From Candidatus Omnitrophota bacterium (GTDB lineage: Bacteria > Omnitrophota > Gorgyraeia > Zapsychrales > Fredricksoniimonadaceae), in contig CAJARJ010000016.1 in the NCBI GenBank assembly GCA_903944345.1, positions 89,852-153,851 on the forward strand: a DNA stretch of 64,000 nucleotides, in the 5' to 3' direction. The notes beneath the pieces are model-generated. The model saw only the letters and a list, made by a program, of their open reading frames with translations, did no database searches and was not told the origin of the DNA. Position 1 is the stretch's first letter. The number at the start of each line of letters is the position of its first letter. Below are positions 11,101-23,309 of this stretch, in pieces. The translations under genes were made by a program, and so were the position numbers.

Positions 11101-12233
11101 ATCAGTTACCGCAGGGGTCATCGCTCTCATATGCTGACGGACAAGTTGTCGAGAAGGGTATCATTTTTGCCAATTGGGATCCCTATACGATTCCGATTAT
11201 CACCGAAGTCAAGGGTCTGGTTAAATTCGAGGATCTTATCGAAGATGTTACCGTCAGAGGGGCATTAAACCCTGTTACAGGTATCACTGAGCGCGTGGTT
11301 GTCGAACACAAACAGGAGTATCATCCTCAGATCGTTATTTCGGTTGGAGCAGAAGTGGCTGGAATTTATTCGATTCCTGTCGGAGCTCATATTCTTGTTA
11401 ATGACAACGATGTTATCGAAGCGGGACAGATCGTTGCCAAGATTCCGCGTATGGAGCAGAAGACGCGTGACATTACTGGTGGTCTCCCTCGTGTTGCCGA
11501 GTTGTTTGAAGCCCGTCGACCGAAAGATCCTGCGGTTATTTCCGAGATCGACGGGTTTACTGAATTCGGCGAGGATCGTAAAGGTAACAGAACAATTATT
11601 GTTAAGAGTCCAACGGGGATGTCCAAGGAATATACTATTCCGCACGGCAAGCATCCGACGGTGTATAAGGGTGACAAGGTTTTTGCTGGACAACAGCTCA
11701 CCGAAGGCCCGACGGTGCCGCAGGATATTCTTCGCGTCTCCGGCGACAAAGTTTTGCAGGAATATCTTCTGAATGAAGTTCAGGAAGTTTATCGTTTGCA
11801 GGGCGTCAGAATTAACGACAAGCATATTGAAATTATTATTTCGCAGATGCTCAAGAAGGTGCGTGTCGATGAAGCCGGTGACTCTGAATTTATCGTCGGA
11901 GAACAGGTTGATCGCAATGTTTTCCGCAAAGCCAATGAAGTAATAATTAAAAAGAAAGGCAAGCCTGCGCAGGCAACACCGTTACTTTTGGGTATCACAA
12001 AAGTCTCTTTGACGACGGACAGCTTTATTTCTGCTGCCAGTTTCCAAGAAACAACAAGAGTGTTGACAGAAGCGGCTTCGTCTGGTAAAATTGACCTTCT
12101 TTCTGGATTGAAAGAAAACGTAATTGTCGGTCATTTAATACCGGCAGGTACGGGGTTTCATTTATATAACAATGTTCAAATGGTGAAGTATGCCGACAAT
12201 ACAGCAGTTGATAAGGAAGAGCAGGACGCTTAA
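8133..12233 (+). CDS. rpoC: RNA polymerase beta' subunit
   Basis: NADFDGD, Zn-finger cysteines, trigger-loop insertion after MRTFHIGG. Confidence 0.99.
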   Translation: MDTKIDISKQDRITIRIASPDTIKSWSNGSVKKAETLNYRTLKPEKDGLFCEKIFGPVRDWECNCGKYKGIKFKGITCDRCGVLVTRSSVRRERMGHIDLACPVTHIWFYKAVPSRLAALLGIGLRDLEKIIYYEEYVVLDPDKTPLKKKSLLSEDKYQEAVAKHGAGFRAKIGAEAIRDLLREIDMDALAKKLRKDLEKSNPSGTNYKKVLKTLKIVEDFKLSGNLAEWMILDILPVIPPDLRPLVPLEGGRFATSDLNDLYRRVINRNNRLKKLIDLNAPEIIIRNEKRMLQEAVDALLDNGRHGRPVLGSGNRPLKSLSDMLKGKQGRFRMNLLGKRVDYSGRSVIVVGPELKLYQCGLPKKMALELFEPFIIRKLRERGFVHTIKGAKRMVERANVEVWDILDEVIKDHPIMLNRAPTLHRLSIQAFQPVLIEGKAITLHPLVCTAFNADFDGDQMAVHIPLSIEAQTECRLQMLSANNLFSPADGRPIVSPTQDIVLGLYYLTKERPAVEHASKIFSNRSEVIVAYNDGLVDLHLGIRVRLDIPLWGEDKSSTIIKTEQIGNSEKFVQVPDAGKTKISETTVGRVLFNEIVNPALGFVNVTLDKKRIGAVIADCYKKLGHNETVQFLDRVKQLGFRHATLAGISIAMSDLMQPKDKEAVINGAKLDARKVEDQYHKGVITGRERYNKVIDIWTHTTEVISELVFKKMDPFNPVYIMADSGARGSKLQIRQLSGMRGLMAKPSGEIIENPITASFREGLTVLEYFISTHGARKGLADTALKTADAGYLTRRLVDVAQEMVVTEEDCGTLNGVAVSAIIEGDDVVVSLKERIIGRVALDTIVDVVTDQKIVSSGEEINEEKAELIEQLGIERVRIRTVLTCEAQRGICVKCYGRNLASHRLAEMGEAVGVIAAQSIGEPGTQLTMRTFHIGGTASGSVQQANLKSKNKGLLKYHQLRVVEKGKEFIVLNRNGAVSINNEYGRELERYQLPQGSSLSYADGQVVEKGIIFANWDPYTIPIITEVKGLVKFEDLIEDVTVRGALNPVTGITERVVVEHKQEYHPQIVISVGAEVAGIYSIPVGAHILVNDNDVIEAGQIVAKIPRMEQKTRDITGGLPRVAELFEARRPKDPAVISEIDGFTEFGEDRKGNRTIIVKSPTGMSKEYTIPHGKHPTVYKGDKVFAGQQLTEGPTVPQDILRVSGDKVLQEYLLNEVQEVYRLQGVRINDKHIEIIISQMLKKVRVDEAGDSEFIVGEQVDRNVFRKANEVIIKKKGKPAQATPLLLGITKVSLTTDSFISAASFQETTRVLTEAASSGKIDLLSGLKENVIVGHLIPAGTGFHLYNNVQMVKYADNTAVDKEEQDA

Positions 12234-12564
12234 CTTTAGCAAGAGCAAATCTCCGGCTCTGGATAGTTGTCCACAAAAGCGCGGAGTTTGTTTGCAGGTT
12301 AAGACGATGACGCCCAAAAAGCCAAATTCGGCTTTGCGTAAAATTGCGCGCGTTCGTTTGTCGAATAAGGTTGAGGTTACTTCTTATATACCAGGAGAAG
12401 GTCACAATCTTCAGGAGCACTCAATTGTTCTGGTAAGAGGCGGAAGAGTCAAGGATTTACCTGGTGTTCGTTACCATACCGTTCGTGGAACGCTTGATGC
12501 TTCTGGTGTTGCCAAGAGAAAGAAATCCAGGTCTAAGTACGGAACCAAGAAAGCGAAGTCTTAA
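12190..12564 (+). CDS. rpsL: 30S ribosomal protein S12
   Basis: [26 protein letters not shown]; overlaps rpoC by 44 nt. Confidence 0.98.
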   Translation: MPTIQQLIRKSRTLNFSKSKSPALDSCPQKRGVCLQVKTMTPKKPNSALRKIARVRLSNKVEVTSYIPGEGHNLQEHSIVLVRGGRVKDLPGVRYHTVRGTLDASGVAKRKKSRSKYGTKKAKS

Positions 12565-12567
12565 TTT

Positions 12568-13038
12568 ATGAGAAGAAGGCGTGCAGACAAAAGGATCGTA
12601 GTAGCTGATCCCAAGTATAATAGTGAGCTTGTTTCCCGTTTTATAAGTGTTGTCATGCAGAGCGGGAAAAAAATGGCGGCTGAAAAAATCGTATACGGTG
12701 CAATCGAAATTTTGCAAGAAAAAATTACCGAAGAAGCTCCTCTTAAGGTTTTCGGCAAGGCGATTGACAGTGTTCGTCCTCGTGTCGAGCTCAAGGCTCG
12801 TCGTGTTGGTGGTGCCACTTATCAGGTTCCGGTTGATGTGTCTCCGCTTCGTGGAACTTCATTAGCCCTCCGCTGGATTCGTGATTACGCCCGCAAGAAA
12901 AAAGGTAAGCCAATGATGAACAAGCTTGCTGATGAGTTGCTGGCAGCGTATAAGCAGGAAGGTGCTGCTATCAAAAAGCGTGACGAAACGCATAAGATGG
13001 CAGAGGCTAATAAGGCGTATAGCCATTTCCGTTGGTAA
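12568..13038 (+). CDS. rpsG: 30S ribosomal protein S7
   Basis: RRVGGATYQVP, HKMAEANKA. Confidence 0.98.
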   Translation: MRRRRADKRIVVADPKYNSELVSRFISVVMQSGKKMAAEKIVYGAIEILQEKITEEAPLKVFGKAIDSVRPRVELKARRVGGATYQVPVDVSPLRGTSLALRWIRDYARKKKGKPMMNKLADELLAAYKQEGAAIKKRDETHKMAEANKAYSHFRW

Positions 13039-13071
13039 TCGATAAAAGATATTCCATAAAGGTTGGACTAA

Positions 13072-15174
13072 ATGGCAGGCGAGCAAATTCCGTTAGAAAG
13101 AATCAGAAATATTGGTATTATTGCGCATATTGATGCGGGTAAAACCACCACGACCGAGCGTATTCTTTATTATACAGGTGTAATCCATAAGATGGGCACT
13201 GTTGATGAGGGTAATACGACTATGGATTTCATGGCTCAGGAGAAGGAGCGTGGAATCACTATCATGGCGGCCAATACTACAACTTCATGGAAGAATCATA
13301 AAGTCAACATTATAGATACCCCTGGTCACGTTGATTTTACTATTGAAGTTGAGCGTTCCTTAAAGGTTCTTGATGGTGCTGTCATTGTTTTGTGTTCTAC
13401 TTCAGGCGTGCAATCGCAGACTGAAACTGTCTGGCGTCAAGCCGAACGCTACCATGTCCCGCGTATTGCTTTTATAAATAAAGTCGATCGTTTAGGTGCG
13501 GATTTTGAGCGAGTTCTTGGCCAGATTTTTGATCGTTTGGGCGCTAATGCCGCACCCATTAATTTACCAGATGCGCACGAAGATCGTTTTAACGGCATTA
13601 TTGATGTCGTTAACATGAAATATATAACTTACGCTGATGCTGATGGGCTTGAAGTTTTGGTTAATGATATTCCTGCTGAATTTAAGGAAAAGGCCGAGAA
13701 ATACCATCATTTGCTGATTGAGAAGGTTGCTGAAGCTGATGATCAAATCATGGAGAAGTATCTGGCCGAACAGCCGGTTACTGCCGCAGAATTAAAAAGT
13801 GGAATTCGTCGTGCTGTTTTAAAGGCTAAATTTCTTCCTGTTCTAGCCGGTACTGCATTAAAAAATCGTGGAGTTCAGCTCGTTTTGGATGCGGTTGTTG
13901 ATTTTCTTCCTTCTCCTCTGGAAGTTATGCAAGCCAGGGGCAAGAACCCTGACACCGAGGCAGAGATTTCTTGTATTCCTGCTGAAGATCAACCTTTGGC
14001 AGCGTTGGTTTTCAAAGTGGCTTCGGATCCATATGTTGGAAAGCTTTTTTACACGCGTATTTATGCAGGTACAATTACATCAGGTGAGCAATTGTATAAT
14101 TCTGGTCGTGGTAAGACCGAGCGTATATCGAAAATATTGATGATGCATGCCAATAAACAGGAAATTATCAATAAAATTGGTCCTGGTGAAATTGTTGCGC
14201 TAGTGGGCTTGAAAGAAAGCAAAAATGGTGATACTCTTTGTCGCGAAAAGTCACCGATTGTTCTTGAGAGCATGCGAGTTCCTGAGCCAGTTGTTTCAAT
14301 GGCTTTGGAGCCAAAAACTAAAGCTGACCAGGATAAATTAGGCATTATTCTTCGTAAGTTTCTTGATGAGGATCCTTCGTTGCGTGTTGAGTACGATCAC
14401 GAAACATCGCAAACGATTATTTCTGGTATGGGCGAGTTGCATCTTGAAATTATCATTGATCGTATGCGTCGAGAAAACAATCTTGAGGCCAATATTGGTC
14501 GTCCTCAGGTTGCTTACAAAGAGACAATTACTCGAAAGATCGATAAAATTGTTGGTAAGTTTATTTCGCAGACCGGTGGTCGTGGTCAATATGGGCACGT
14601 TGTTATCAATGTAGAGCCTGGGGTTAAGGGTTCGGGCGTTAAATTTGTCGATGAAATTGTTGGTGGCGCTATTCCGCGTGAATTTATTAAATCAGTAGAG
14701 AACGGAATAAAGGCTCAGTCACACAATGGTGTTCTTGCGGGCTATCCGGTCACTGATATGGTCGTTTATTTGGTTGATGGATCCTATCATGATGTCGACT
14801 CAAGTGATATTGCTTTTCAGATGGCTGCAAAGATTGCCTTGAAAGATGCTTTGGTTAAAGGAGTTTCGGTCTTTACTGAGCCTATTATGGCTGTTGAAGT
14901 TGCAGTTCCTGAAGATTTTATGGGATCTGTTATTGGTGATTTAAATACACGCCGGGCTAAGATTACAGAGTTAGGTAATATGGGAAATGTAAAAACGGCC
15001 CGTGCCGATGTTCCTCTGGCCGAGATGTTCAATTATGCAAATGCGTTGCGTTCATTAACGCAGGGGCGTGCGAGTTTCTCTATGGAACCTTCTTACTATG
15101 CTCAGGTACCTAACAACATTAGTGAGAAGATCATTGGAGCCCGTCAAGAATATCTCAACAGAAAGAAAGCTTAA
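13072..15174 (+). CDS. fusA: Elongation factor G
   Basis: [24 protein letters not shown]. Confidence 0.98.
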   Translation: MAGEQIPLERIRNIGIIAHIDAGKTTTTERILYYTGVIHKMGTVDEGNTTMDFMAQEKERGITIMAANTTTSWKNHKVNIIDTPGHVDFTIEVERSLKVLDGAVIVLCSTSGVQSQTETVWRQAERYHVPRIAFINKVDRLGADFERVLGQIFDRLGANAAPINLPDAHEDRFNGIIDVVNMKYITYADADGLEVLVNDIPAEFKEKAEKYHHLLIEKVAEADDQIMEKYLAEQPVTAAELKSGIRRAVLKAKFLPVLAGTALKNRGVQLVLDAVVDFLPSPLEVMQARGKNPDTEAEISCIPAEDQPLAALVFKVASDPYVGKLFYTRIYAGTITSGEQLYNSGRGKTERISKILMMHANKQEIINKIGPGEIVALVGLKESKNGDTLCREKSPIVLESMRVPEPVVSMALEPKTKADQDKLGIILRKFLDEDPSLRVEYDHETSQTIISGMGELHLEIIIDRMRRENNLEANIGRPQVAYKETITRKIDKIVGKFISQTGGRGQYGHVVINVEPGVKGSGVKFVDEIVGGAIPREFIKSVENGIKAQSHNGVLAGYPVTDMVVYLVDGSYHDVDSSDIAFQMAAKIALKDALVKGVSVFTEPIMAVEVAVPEDFMGSVIGDLNTRRAKITELGNMGNVKTARADVPLAEMFNYANALRSLTQGRASFSMEPSYYAQVPNNISEKIIGARQEYLNRKKA

Positions 15175-15202
15175 ATAAGGTTATTAATCAGGGAGGAAGG
15201 TT

Positions 15203-16396
15203 ATGGCAAAAGAAAAATTTGAGAGAAATAAGCCACACTTAAATATAGGAACTATCGGTCACGTTGACCATGGTAAGACAACTTTGTCTTCAGCCATTAC
15301 AACTGTTCTTTCCGAGAAGGGTCTTGCACAGGCGCGTGCGTATGATTCCATTGATAATGCCCCTGAAGAAAAAGAGCGCGGCGTTACTATTAATATTGCT
15401 CACCTTGAATATCAGACAGACACTCGGCATTACGCTCATATCGATTGTCCTGGTCACGCAGACTACATTAAAAATATGATCACCGGTGCGGCCCAGATGG
15501 ATGGTGCTATCCTAGTTGTTTCTGCTACTGACGGGGCTATGCCTCAGACCAGAGAGCATATTTTGTTAGCTCGTCAGGTTAATGTCCCCCGTATTGTTGT
15601 TTTCTTGAACAAGTGTGATCAGGCCGATCCGGAATTACTTGACCTGGTCGAGCTTGAAATTCGCGATTTGCTTAACAAGTACAAGTTCGAAGGTGATAAG
15701 ACGCCAGTTTTACGTGGTTCAGCCTTGGATGCGTTGAATAATCCTAAGGACGTCACTGGAAAAGCTAAGTGTATTATAGATCTTATGCAGGCGGTTGATG
15801 AGTGGATTCCTATGCCTCAGCGTGAGCTTGATAAGCCATTTCTGATGGCTATTGAAGATGTGTTTTCAATTTCTGGTCGTGGAACTGTTGCCACTGGTCG
15901 TATTGAGCGTGGTATTGTTAAGGTCGGTCAAGAAGCTGATATGGTTGGCTTGCGTCCCGAAGTTGGTAAGACAACCGTGACAGGTGTCGAAATGTTCCGC
16001 AAGGAGCTTGATGAAGGCCAGGCTGGAGATAACGTCGGATTGCTATTGCGTGGCGTTGATAAGGATAAAATTGAACGCGGAATGGTTCTTGCCGCACCTG
16101 GTTCAATTAAGCCGCACAAGAAGTTTAAGTGTTCCGTTTATATCCTCTCTAAAGAAGAAGGTGGCCGTCATACGCCTTTCTTCAAAGGATATCGTCCGCA
16201 GTTTTATTTCAGAACTACTGACGTTACTGGATCAGCAGAGTTACCTGCCGGCGTTGAAATGTGTATGCCTGGCGATAATGTTACTCTTTCCGTTGAGTTG
16301 ATTGTACCTGTTGCTTGCGAAAAAGAGTTGAGATTTGCTATTCGTGAAGGTGGAAAGACTGTGGGTGCGGGTGTTGTAACAGACATCATTGAATAA
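15203..16396 (+). CDS. tuf: Elongation factor Tu
   Basis: [17 protein letters not shown]. Confidence 0.99.
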   Translation: MAKEKFERNKPHLNIGTIGHVDHGKTTLSSAITTVLSEKGLAQARAYDSIDNAPEEKERGVTINIAHLEYQTDTRHYAHIDCPGHADYIKNMITGAAQMDGAILVVSATDGAMPQTREHILLARQVNVPRIVVFLNKCDQADPELLDLVELEIRDLLNKYKFEGDKTPVLRGSALDALNNPKDVTGKAKCIIDLMQAVDEWIPMPQRELDKPFLMAIEDVFSISGRGTVATGRIERGIVKVGQEADMVGLRPEVGKTTVTGVEMFRKELDEGQAGDNVGLLLRGVDKDKIERGMVLAAPGSIKPHKKFKCSVYILSKEEGGRHTPFFKGYRPQFYFRTTDVTGSAELPAGVEMCMPGDNVTLSVELIVPVACEKELRFAIREGGKTVGAGVVTDIIE

Positions 16397-16425
16397 TATA
16401 ATAACGGATCAAGTTCCAGGATAAC

Positions 16426-16728
16426 ATGCAGAAAATACGCATAAAGCTTAAGGCTTACGATCACAGACTTATTGATCAGTCGACTCAGGAAATTGTTGAT
16501 ACGGCAATCAGGACTGGTGCAAAAGTTCATGGCCCGATTCCGCTGCCAACAAAGAAAGAATTGTATACTGTTCTTAGGTCGCCTGTTATTGATAAGAAAT
16601 CGCGTGAGCAGTTCAAGCTGGCTACGCACAAACGGCTTATCGATTTGCTGGATCCGACTTCTAAAACAGTTGATGCTCTTAGAAAGTTGAATCTGCCAGT
16701 CGGTGTGGATGTTACGATCAAACAATAA
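16426..16728 (+). CDS. rpsJ: 30S ribosomal protein S10
   Basis: [22 protein letters not shown]. Confidence 0.98.
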   Translation: MQKIRIKLKAYDHRLIDQSTQEIVDTAIRTGAKVHGPIPLPTKKELYTVLRSPVIDKKSREQFKLATHKRLIDLLDPTSKTVDALRKLNLPVGVDVTIKQ

Positions 16729-16746
16729 TTCAGTCCAAGGGTTACT

Positions 16747-17454
16747 ATGATCAGCAGTATGTTAGGTAAAAAAGTTGGCATGAGTCAGATTTTTGACACT
16801 GAGGGGAATATCGTTCCCGTCACTGCTATCGAAGTCGGACCATGTTATGTACTTGGTTTGAAGGAATCTCCTTTAAAAGTTGTCATCGGTTTTGATGAGA
16901 TTAAGGAGTCACGTTGCACCAAGCCTCGCCTGGGAGTTTTTAAAAAGTTATCTGTCCCGGCTTTAAGAACAATTAAAGAGGTCAAGTCAACGGATAATTC
17001 TTCGTACACTCTCGGTCAGAAGATTCATGCTGATCTTTTTAAGCCTGGCGAGTATGTTGATGTAATTGGGACATCAATCGGTCGTGGTTTTCAGGGGGGT
17101 ATGAAGCGTCATAACTGGATGGGTGGCGGAGCTGGTCATGGTTCTATGCATCATCGCAGAATTGGTTCTGTAGGTGCCAATACTTACCCTGGTCGTGTTC
17201 TTCGTGGTAAAACAATGCCTGGACATATGGGTGACGAACAGGTTACAGTTCAAAGCCTGAGAGTTATGTTTGTTGATCCAGAGAACAATATTTTGCTGGT
17301 AAAAGGCGCAGTTCCTGGTTGTAAGAACGGCTTGGTCACCATCCGTAAGTCCTCTAAACGAGCTTATCGATCGCTGGATGAAAAGAAAGAAGTCGTTATT
17401 CATAAACGCAACCCAATGAAGCAGGCCAAGGCCTCTGTCAAAGGGAAGAAGTAA
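16747..17454 (+). CDS. rplC: 50S ribosomal protein L3
   Basis: [23 protein letters not shown]. Confidence 0.98.
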   Translation: MISSMLGKKVGMSQIFDTEGNIVPVTAIEVGPCYVLGLKESPLKVVIGFDEIKESRCTKPRLGVFKKLSVPALRTIKEVKSTDNSSYTLGQKIHADLFKPGEYVDVIGTSIGRGFQGGMKRHNWMGGGAGHGSMHHRRIGSVGANTYPGRVLRGKTMPGHMGDEQVTVQSLRVMFVDPENNILLVKGAVPGCKNGLVTIRKSSKRAYRSLDEKKEVVIHKRNPMKQAKASVKGKK

Positions 17455-17456
17455 CA

Positions 17457-18095
17457 ATGGCGAAGGAATCAATGTCTAAGCTTAATGTTTATAATCTCAG
17501 CGGGAAAGAAGTTGGCACGCTTGATTTGCCGGCGGCTTTTGGTGAAGCAGTGAATCCAGCTGTTATCCATCAGGCTATCGTGATGTATCAGGCTAACCAG
17601 CGCCAGGGAACCGCAGATACACGTACTCGTGCGGAAATCTCCGGTGGAAATAAAAAGCCATTCCGTCAGAAGGGAACTGGTCGTGCTCGTCAAGGATCTT
17701 CCAGATCGCCTCTTATGCATCATGGTGGAATCGTTTTTGGTCCGCATCCCCGTGATTTTAGTTACACTATTCCAAAGAAGGTCAGGCTTTCAGCTTTACT
17801 AGAATCTTTAAAAGACAAGTTTGGGTCCAGTTCACTTATTTGTGTCGATGACTTGGTTGTTGATTCAGCTAAAACCAAAGATTTTGTGGCTGTCTTGGCT
17901 AATTTAAAGTTATCCGGGAAGAAAATATTGGCTGTTTCAGATGATAGTAAGGAAAGTTTCAAGTTGGCGGCAAGAAATGTTCGCTCAGTCCAATTGATTC
18001 GTTCTTTAGATGTCAATGCTTTTGATGTTATGAAAAACAATACAATCCTCGCAACAAAAGCTGCGATGGAAAAAATCCTGAAGAGATTGCAATGA
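17457..18095 (+). CDS. rplD: 50S ribosomal protein L4
   Basis: RQKGTGRARQGS. Confidence 0.98.
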   Translation: MAKESMSKLNVYNLSGKEVGTLDLPAAFGEAVNPAVIHQAIVMYQANQRQGTADTRTRAEISGGNKKPFRQKGTGRARQGSSRSPLMHHGGIVFGPHPRDFSYTIPKKVRLSALLESLKDKFGSSSLICVDDLVVDSAKTKDFVAVLANLKLSGKKILAVSDDSKESFKLAARNVRSVQLIRSLDVNAFDVMKNNTILATKAAMEKILKRLQ

Positions 18096-18370
18096 TTACT
18101 AGCTACGATTTCATCAAGAATATCCTTAGGACCGAAAAAGGCGCCATTATCGAGAAAGATTCTCAGTATCTTTTTAGAGTAGATGGGGCAGCAACAAAGA
18201 TTGATATCAAAAAGGCAATCGAAGATATTTACAAGGTTAAGGTTCAGTCTGTTAATGTTATGCATATGCCAGGTAAGCTGAAGCGTGTTCGTAACAAGTA
18301 TGGTTATACGTCAGATTGGAAGAAAGCCGTTGTGACCCTGAAAAAGGGCAACAAAATTGAGGTGGTTTGA
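18092..18370 (+). CDS. rplW: 50S ribosomal protein L23
   Basis: TEK motif, WKKAVVTL. Confidence 0.96.
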   Translation: MITSYDFIKNILRTEKGAIIEKDSQYLFRVDGAATKIDIKKAIEDIYKVKVQSVNVMHMPGKLKRVRNKYGYTSDWKKAVVTLKKGNKIEVV

Positions 18371-18372
18371 TT

Positions 18373-19206
18373 ATGGGGATTAAGAATTTTAAACCAACAA
18401 CTCCGGGTCTGAGGCATGCTTCGCTTTGTGACTTCAGCGAACTGACCAAGCATACACCCGAGAAATCCTTGTTAACGCCTCTCAAGAAGTCTGGCGGCAG
18501 AAATAATTATGGGCGAGTGACCTCTCGCCATCGCGGCGGCGGACACAAAAGAATGTACCGTTTGATTGATTTTAAACGTGATCGTCTTAATGAGCCAGCA
18601 GTTGTTTTGGGTATTGAGTATGATCCCAATCGTTCTGTGCGTATTGCCTTAATTGAGTATCAGAATGATAAATTGCGTAATTATGTTCTTGCCCCTTTGG
18701 AAATGAAGGTTGGTGACGTTATTCTGAGTACAGACAATGAGAATCCTGAAATTAAAGTCGGGAATTGTTTGCCTTTAAGCCGGATACCTATGGGGACTCC
18801 CATTCATAATATCGAATTACATCCCGGTAGAGGCGGCAAGATTGTTCGTTCGGCAGGCACATCTGCCCAGCTTTTGGGTAAAGAGAAGGATTATGCTGTA
18901 TTAAGGCTTCCTTCCGGAGAAATGCGTCGCGTGATGGTAAACTGTCGTGCAACCATTGGTCAGCTTTCGAATCCCGAGCATGGCAGTCAATCGATCGGAA
19001 AAGCTGGACGAAATCGTTGGCTTGGAATACGTGGTCAGTCGCGTGGCGTGGTTATGAATCCTGTTGATCATCCGCACGGTGGTGGAGAGGGAAAGACTCC
19101 ACAAGGTAACCCGCATCCTGTTACTCCTTGGGGTAAGCCAACAAAAGGATTCAAGACTCGTAAGCGCAAGAATTCTGATCAATTTATTATCAAGAGAAGG
19201 AAGTAA
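18373..19206 (+). CDS. rplB: 50S ribosomal protein L2
   Basis: [20 protein letters not shown]. Confidence 0.98.
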   Translation: MGIKNFKPTTPGLRHASLCDFSELTKHTPEKSLLTPLKKSGGRNNYGRVTSRHRGGGHKRMYRLIDFKRDRLNEPAVVLGIEYDPNRSVRIALIEYQNDKLRNYVLAPLEMKVGDVILSTDNENPEIKVGNCLPLSRIPMGTPIHNIELHPGRGGKIVRSAGTSAQLLGKEKDYAVLRLPSGEMRRVMVNCRATIGQLSNPEHGSQSIGKAGRNRWLGIRGQSRGVVMNPVDHPHGGGEGKTPQGNPHPVTPWGKPTKGFKTRKRKNSDQFIIKRRK

Positions 19207-19211
19207 TCATT

Positions 19212-19499
19212 ATGTCGCGTTCTGTAAGCAAGGGTCCTTTCGTTGATGAGTCGTTGAGAAGGAAGTTTGACAAGATGATGGCTTCCGGACAAAGATTGCC
19301 AATTAAAACTTGGTCTCGGCGTTCAACAATTACCCCGGATTTTGTCGGGTTCACTTTTGCAGTTCATAATGGACGTAAACATATTCCGGTTTTTGTAACG
19401 GAAAATATGGTTGGTTTCAAGCTTGGAGAGTTTGCTCCAACAAGAACGTTCAAGCAGCACGGTGGCGTAAAAGCCAAAAAGGCCATCCAGAAGAAATAA
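19212..19499 (+). CDS. rpsS: 30S ribosomal protein S19
   Basis: [17 protein letters not shown]. Confidence 0.98.
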   Translation: MSRSVSKGPFVDESLRRKFDKMMASGQRLPIKTWSRRSTITPDFVGFTFAVHNGRKHIPVFVTENMVGFKLGEFAPTRTFKQHGGVKAKKAIQKK

Positions 19500-19512
19500 C
19501 AAGTGAGATTGT

Positions 19513-19848
19513 ATGATTGCTCAAGCAAAAGGTAGATATTTAAGAGTTTCACCGACTAAAATTAGACAAATCCTGGATCTTTTAAGAGGTAAGGATGTTC
19601 CGGCGGCTTTAGGCATATTGGCACATTTGAACAAACCGACTAAAGAAAAAATCGTAAAGGTTTTTGAGTCAGCCATTGCCAACGCCAAGCTTAAAGGTTT
19701 GTCAGAAAATCAGTTGGTTGTTTCGAAAATTACTGCTGATCAGGGGCCTGTATGGAAAAGATTCCGTGCGGCATCATTCGGTCGTGCATCTGAAGTTTTG
19801 AAGAAAACTTCTCATATCACGGTTGAGCTTGACTTAAAGGTTAAATAA
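19513..19848 (+). CDS. rplV: 50S ribosomal protein L22
   Basis: SAIANA, TSHITV; synteny. Confidence 0.96.
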   Translation: MIAQAKGRYLRVSPTKIRQILDLLRGKDVPAALGILAHLNKPTKEKIVKVFESAIANAKLKGLSENQLVVSKITADQGPVWKRFRAASFGRASEVLKKTSHITVELDLKVK

Positions 19849-19861
19849 GGGGAAGTGAAAC

Positions 19862-20512
19862 GTGGGCCAAAAAGTTTCTCCAATCGCTATTCGTATCGGA
19901 ATTAACAAGAATTGGCGCAGTCTGTGGTTTTCCGACAGGAAAGATTTCGCCAAGAATGTCGAGGAAGATTACAAGATACGCAAGTATATACACAAAAAAT
20001 TTATCCAGGGCGCTGTTGCTGGAGTGGATATAGAGCGTTTAAGTGGTCAGATTAAAATCAAAATTTCTTCTGCGCGTCCTGGAGTAATTATTGGTCGCAG
20101 AGGCGCAGATATTGATCGTTTGCGCGCGGATCTTTCCAAGATAACAACCAAAGAAATTTCGGTGGATATCAAGGAAATAAAGAATCCGTCTGTTGATGCT
20201 ACTCTTGTTGCTCAGAGTGTTGCTTTTCAGATGGAGAAAAGGGTAGGTTTCAGAAGGGCGATGAAACGAGCGGTAGAGCAGTCTATTCAGGCTGGTGCTA
20301 AAGGAATCAAGATTATTGTTTCTGGACGTTTGGATGGAGCTGAGATCGCCCGTCGTGAGAAATATCATGTTGGGAAAATCCCACTGCAAACATTCAGAGC
20401 AGATATTGATTATGGGTTTGCCGAAGCTAATACAACATTTGGTTGTATTGGTGTCAAAGTCTGGATTTATAAAGGTGATACGTTGAAGGATGTTCGCAAA
20501 GAAGAAGTATAA
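19862..20512 (+). CDS. rpsC: 30S ribosomal protein S3
   Basis: MGQKVSP, SGRLDGAEIAR. Confidence 0.98.
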   Translation: MGQKVSPIAIRIGINKNWRSLWFSDRKDFAKNVEEDYKIRKYIHKKFIQGAVAGVDIERLSGQIKIKISSARPGVIIGRRGADIDRLRADLSKITTKEISVDIKEIKNPSVDATLVAQSVAFQMEKRVGFRRAMKRAVEQSIQAGAKGIKIIVSGRLDGAEIARREKYHVGKIPLQTFRADIDYGFAEANTTFGCIGVKVWIYKGDTLKDVRKEEV

Positions 20513-20526
20513 CGGGAGCTAGTTTT

Positions 20527-20940
20527 ATGGCTTTACTGCCCAAAAGAGTTAAATATCGTAAATCACAAAAAGGTAAATGTCGCGGCGTTGCGTCTTCTGG
20601 CGATCGTTTATCTTTTGGAGAGTATGGGTTGAAGGCTATCGATAATGGCCTGATTCATGCCAACCATATTGAGGCTTGTCGTGTCGCTATGGCTCGTAAG
20701 CTTCGAGGTGCGGGTAAGGTCTGGATTAATATTTTCCCGCACAAGCCAGTTACTAAAAAGCCGGCTGAAACCCGTATGGGTAAAGGTAAAGGGGATCTTG
20801 ATCACTGGGTGGCTGTAATCAAGCGAGGCAAGATCGTATTTGAGATCAGCGGTGTTCCTGAAGATTTTGCCAAGAATTTATTAAGGTTAGTTGCTTTTAA
20901 ATTACCGGTTAAGACAAAGTTTATAGTTCGAGCTCATTAG
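20527..20940 (+). CDS. rplP: 50S ribosomal protein L16
   Basis: ETRMGKGKG. Confidence 0.98.
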   Translation: MALLPKRVKYRKSQKGKCRGVASSGDRLSFGEYGLKAIDNGLIHANHIEACRVAMARKLRGAGKVWINIFPHKPVTKKPAETRMGKGKGDLDHWVAVIKRGKIVFEISGVPEDFAKNLLRLVAFKLPVKTKFIVRAH

Positions 20941-20957
20941 ATCTGATTGAGGGACCA

Positions 20958-21146
20958 ATGAATTTAAAAGATATCAGGAATCTTAACATCACTGATTTGG
21001 CGCAAAGAGAAAAGTCTCTCAGAAAAGAACTTTTTGATATGCGTCAGCAAAGTCGCATGGGCAAGGTTGAAAAGCCTGCCAGTTTCAAGACCGTCCGTAA
21101 GGAGATTGCACAGATTCTTACAGTTATCAAAGAAAGAAAAATTTAA
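20958..21146 (+). CDS. rpmC: 50S ribosomal protein L29
   Basis: VRKEIAQILT; synteny. Confidence 0.93.
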   Translation: MNLKDIRNLNITDLAQREKSLRKELFDMRQQSRMGKVEKPASFKTVRKEIAQILTVIKERKI

Positions 21147-21147
21147 A

Positions 21148-21429
21148 ATGGAAAAGAGAATAAACCGCCGCAAGATTCTCACTGGTTCGGTTATCAGTGA
21201 TAAAATGATGAAAACCCGCGTGGTCGAGGTTAAGTCTCATGCCAAGCATCCCAAGTATTCGAAATTGATCACGAATTTTGTTCGATACAAGGCGCATGAT
21301 GAAAAAAATGAGTCCAAGACCGGTGATGTGGTTTCAATGTCCTTGACTCGTCCTTTATCAAAAGATAAAAGATGGGTCATTACGGAAATCGTGAAGAAGG
21401 TTGTGACTGAAGAGGCGGTGGTTTTATGA
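21148..21429 (+). CDS. rpsQ: 30S ribosomal protein S17
   Basis: SDKMMKT, TRPLSKDKRW; start ATG 21148. Confidence 0.96.
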   Translation: MEKRINRRKILTGSVISDKMMKTRVVEVKSHAKHPKYSKLITNFVRYKAHDEKNESKTGDVVSMSLTRPLSKDKRWVITEIVKKVVTEEAVVL

Positions 21430-21794
21430 TTCAGATGAAAAGTATTTTGCAAGTGGCCGACAACACTGGAGCACGTACAGCCTCAGTGATTGGCGTAATG
21501 AATGCTAAAGGAAAGCTAGTTGCCAACCTTGGCGATATTATCAAAGTTAATATTAAAGAATCAACCCCTGATGCTGCGATCAAAAAAGGTCAGAAGGCCA
21601 AAGGCGTAGTTGTTCGTACAAAAGCTCGTGTTCGTCGTTCAGATGGCACATATGTCCGTTTTGATTCTAATGCCGTAGTTCTGATTGACGACGGTGGAAA
21701 TCCCAGAGGAACTCGTGTTTTTGGTCCGGTTGCCCGAGAATTACGCAATATGGAATATATGAAGATTATATCTTTAGCTCCCGAGGTGGTTTAA
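21426..21794 (+). CDS. rplN: 50S ribosomal protein L14
   Basis: VADNTGA, GTRVFGPVAREL. Confidence 0.98.
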   Translation: MIQMKSILQVADNTGARTASVIGVMNAKGKLVANLGDIIKVNIKESTPDAAIKKGQKAKGVVVRTKARVRRSDGTYVRFDSNAVVLIDDGGNPRGTRVFGPVARELRNMEYMKIISLAPEVV

Positions 21795-22105
21795 TGTTAC
21801 GGATCAAGCGCGACGATAAAGTCATGGTTGTTGCCGGCAAAGATAAGGGAAAGTCCGGCAAAGTAGTCAAAGTTTTAGCAGCTGAAAACAAGTTAATCAT
21901 TGAAAATGTTAATTTGGTCAAGAAGGCTGTAAGAAAGAGCGACCAGTATCCCAATGGTGGTTTTATTGAAATTGAAAAGCCTGTTCATCTTTCTAATGTC
22001 ATGTTGGTTGACGCCAAGAACAACAAGCCAACACGTTTTAAGGTCAAGCTTCTTAAGGATGGCGCCAAACTTCGTGTAGGTACGAAAAGCGGCGAAACGA
22101 TTTAA
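21794..22105 (+). CDS. rplX: 50S ribosomal protein L24
   Basis: AGKDKGKSG, HLSNV. Confidence 0.97.
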   Translation: MLRIKRDDKVMVVAGKDKGKSGKVVKVLAAENKLIIENVNLVKKAVRKSDQYPNGGFIEIEKPVHLSNVMLVDAKNNKPTRFKVKLLKDGAKLRVGTKSGETI

Positions 22106-22117
22106 TGAGGTGGTTCA

Positions 22118-22663
22118 GTGAAATCGGAATTATTTGACAAATATCAACAAAATGTCGTCCCTGAAATGATGTCTAAATACGGCATCAAAAATGTTATGGC
22201 TGTTCCCCGTATTGAAAAGATCGTTGTCAATATGGGTGTCGGCGAAGCGCGGGATGATATCAAATTTCTCGAGCAATCAGCCGAGGAATTGGCTCTTATA
22301 ACAGGCCAGAAACCGACAATTCGTCGCTCCAAGAAAGCTATCTCGAATTTCAGATTAAGAGAGGGTCTTCCGGTCGGTTGTAAAGTTACTTTGCGTCGTG
22401 TGCGTATGTACGAATTTTTAAACAAATTGATCAATGTTGTTCTTCCCCGTATTCGCGATTTTAATGGAATTTCTCGCAAGTGTTTTGACAGGGAGGGGAA
22501 CTATACCTTGGGCGTAAAAGAGCAGGCAATCTTTCCGGAGATTGATCCGACTAAACGCGATTTTCGTTCTCAGGGTATGGATATCTCTATAGTGATTAAA
22601 GGTGGCAATGTCGAGCAGAATATGCAATTACTGACTCTTCTTGGAATGCCATTCACGAAATAA
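22118..22663 (+). CDS. rplE: 50S ribosomal protein L5
   Basis: KIVVNMGVG, LPRIRDF. Confidence 0.98.
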   Translation: MKSELFDKYQQNVVPEMMSKYGIKNVMAVPRIEKIVVNMGVGEARDDIKFLEQSAEELALITGQKPTIRRSKKAISNFRLREGLPVGCKVTLRRVRMYEFLNKLINVVLPRIRDFNGISRKCFDREGNYTLGVKEQAIFPEIDPTKRDFRSQGMDISIVIKGGNVEQNMQLLTLLGMPFTK

Positions 22664-22683
22664 GATAAGGACACTAATTTTTT

Positions 22684-22869
22684 ATGGCAAAAAAAGCATT
22701 ACTTATCAAATCCAAGAAAACGCCTAAATTCTCTACCAGGCATCACAATCGTTGTCATCTATGCGGACGTTCGCGAGCATTTCTGAGACGTTTCGGCGTA
22801 TGTCGTCTTTGTTTTAGAGAGTTGGCATGGAAAGGTGAAATTCCTGGCGTAAAGAAGGCTAGCTGGTAA
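22684..22869 (+). CDS. rpsN: 30S ribosomal protein S14, Zn-binding type Z
   Basis: 61 aa, CHLC...[12 protein letters not shown]. Confidence 0.97.
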   Translation: MAKKALLIKSKKTPKFSTRHHNRCHLCGRSRAFLRRFGVCRLCFRELAWKGEIPGVKKASW

Positions 22870-22907
22870 CAAATCAGATAACAGCATAAAATAAGAGGTT
22901 TATTGCA

Positions 22908-23303
22908 ATGGCAGTTCTTAATCCTATCGCCAACATGTTGACTGTAATGCGCAATGCGCTAAAAGTCCGCAAGGAAAGCATTGAAATTCCGGCGTCAAAG
23001 CTTTTAGAAAAGATTCTGGATATCTTTAAGAAAGACGGCTATATAAATGATGTCCGCCTTCTTAAAGATAACAAACAGGGTGTGCTCAAGGTATTTTTGA
23101 AGTATGATGGCAAGGCCTCTGCTATTGCCGGACTTAAGATGATTTCCAAGCCTGGACTCAGGGTGTATGTTGAAAATGATCGTATACCACGAGTGTTAAG
23201 CGGTTTGGGAACAGCGGTCATCTCTACGTCGAAAGGCGTTTTAGATGATAAGGAAGCACGTAAACTTAAGATCGGGGGAGAAGTCCTCTGTTACGTCTGG
23301 TAA
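22908..23303 (+). CDS. rpsH: 30S ribosomal protein S8
   Basis: SKPGLRVY, GGEVLCYVW. Confidence 0.98.
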   Translation: MAVLNPIANMLTVMRNALKVRKESIEIPASKLLEKILDIFKKDGYINDVRLLKDNKQGVLKVFLKYDGKASAIAGLKMISKPGLRVYVENDRIPRVLSGLGTAVISTSKGVLDDKEARKLKIGGEVLCYVW

Positions 23304-23309
23304 GGTGTT

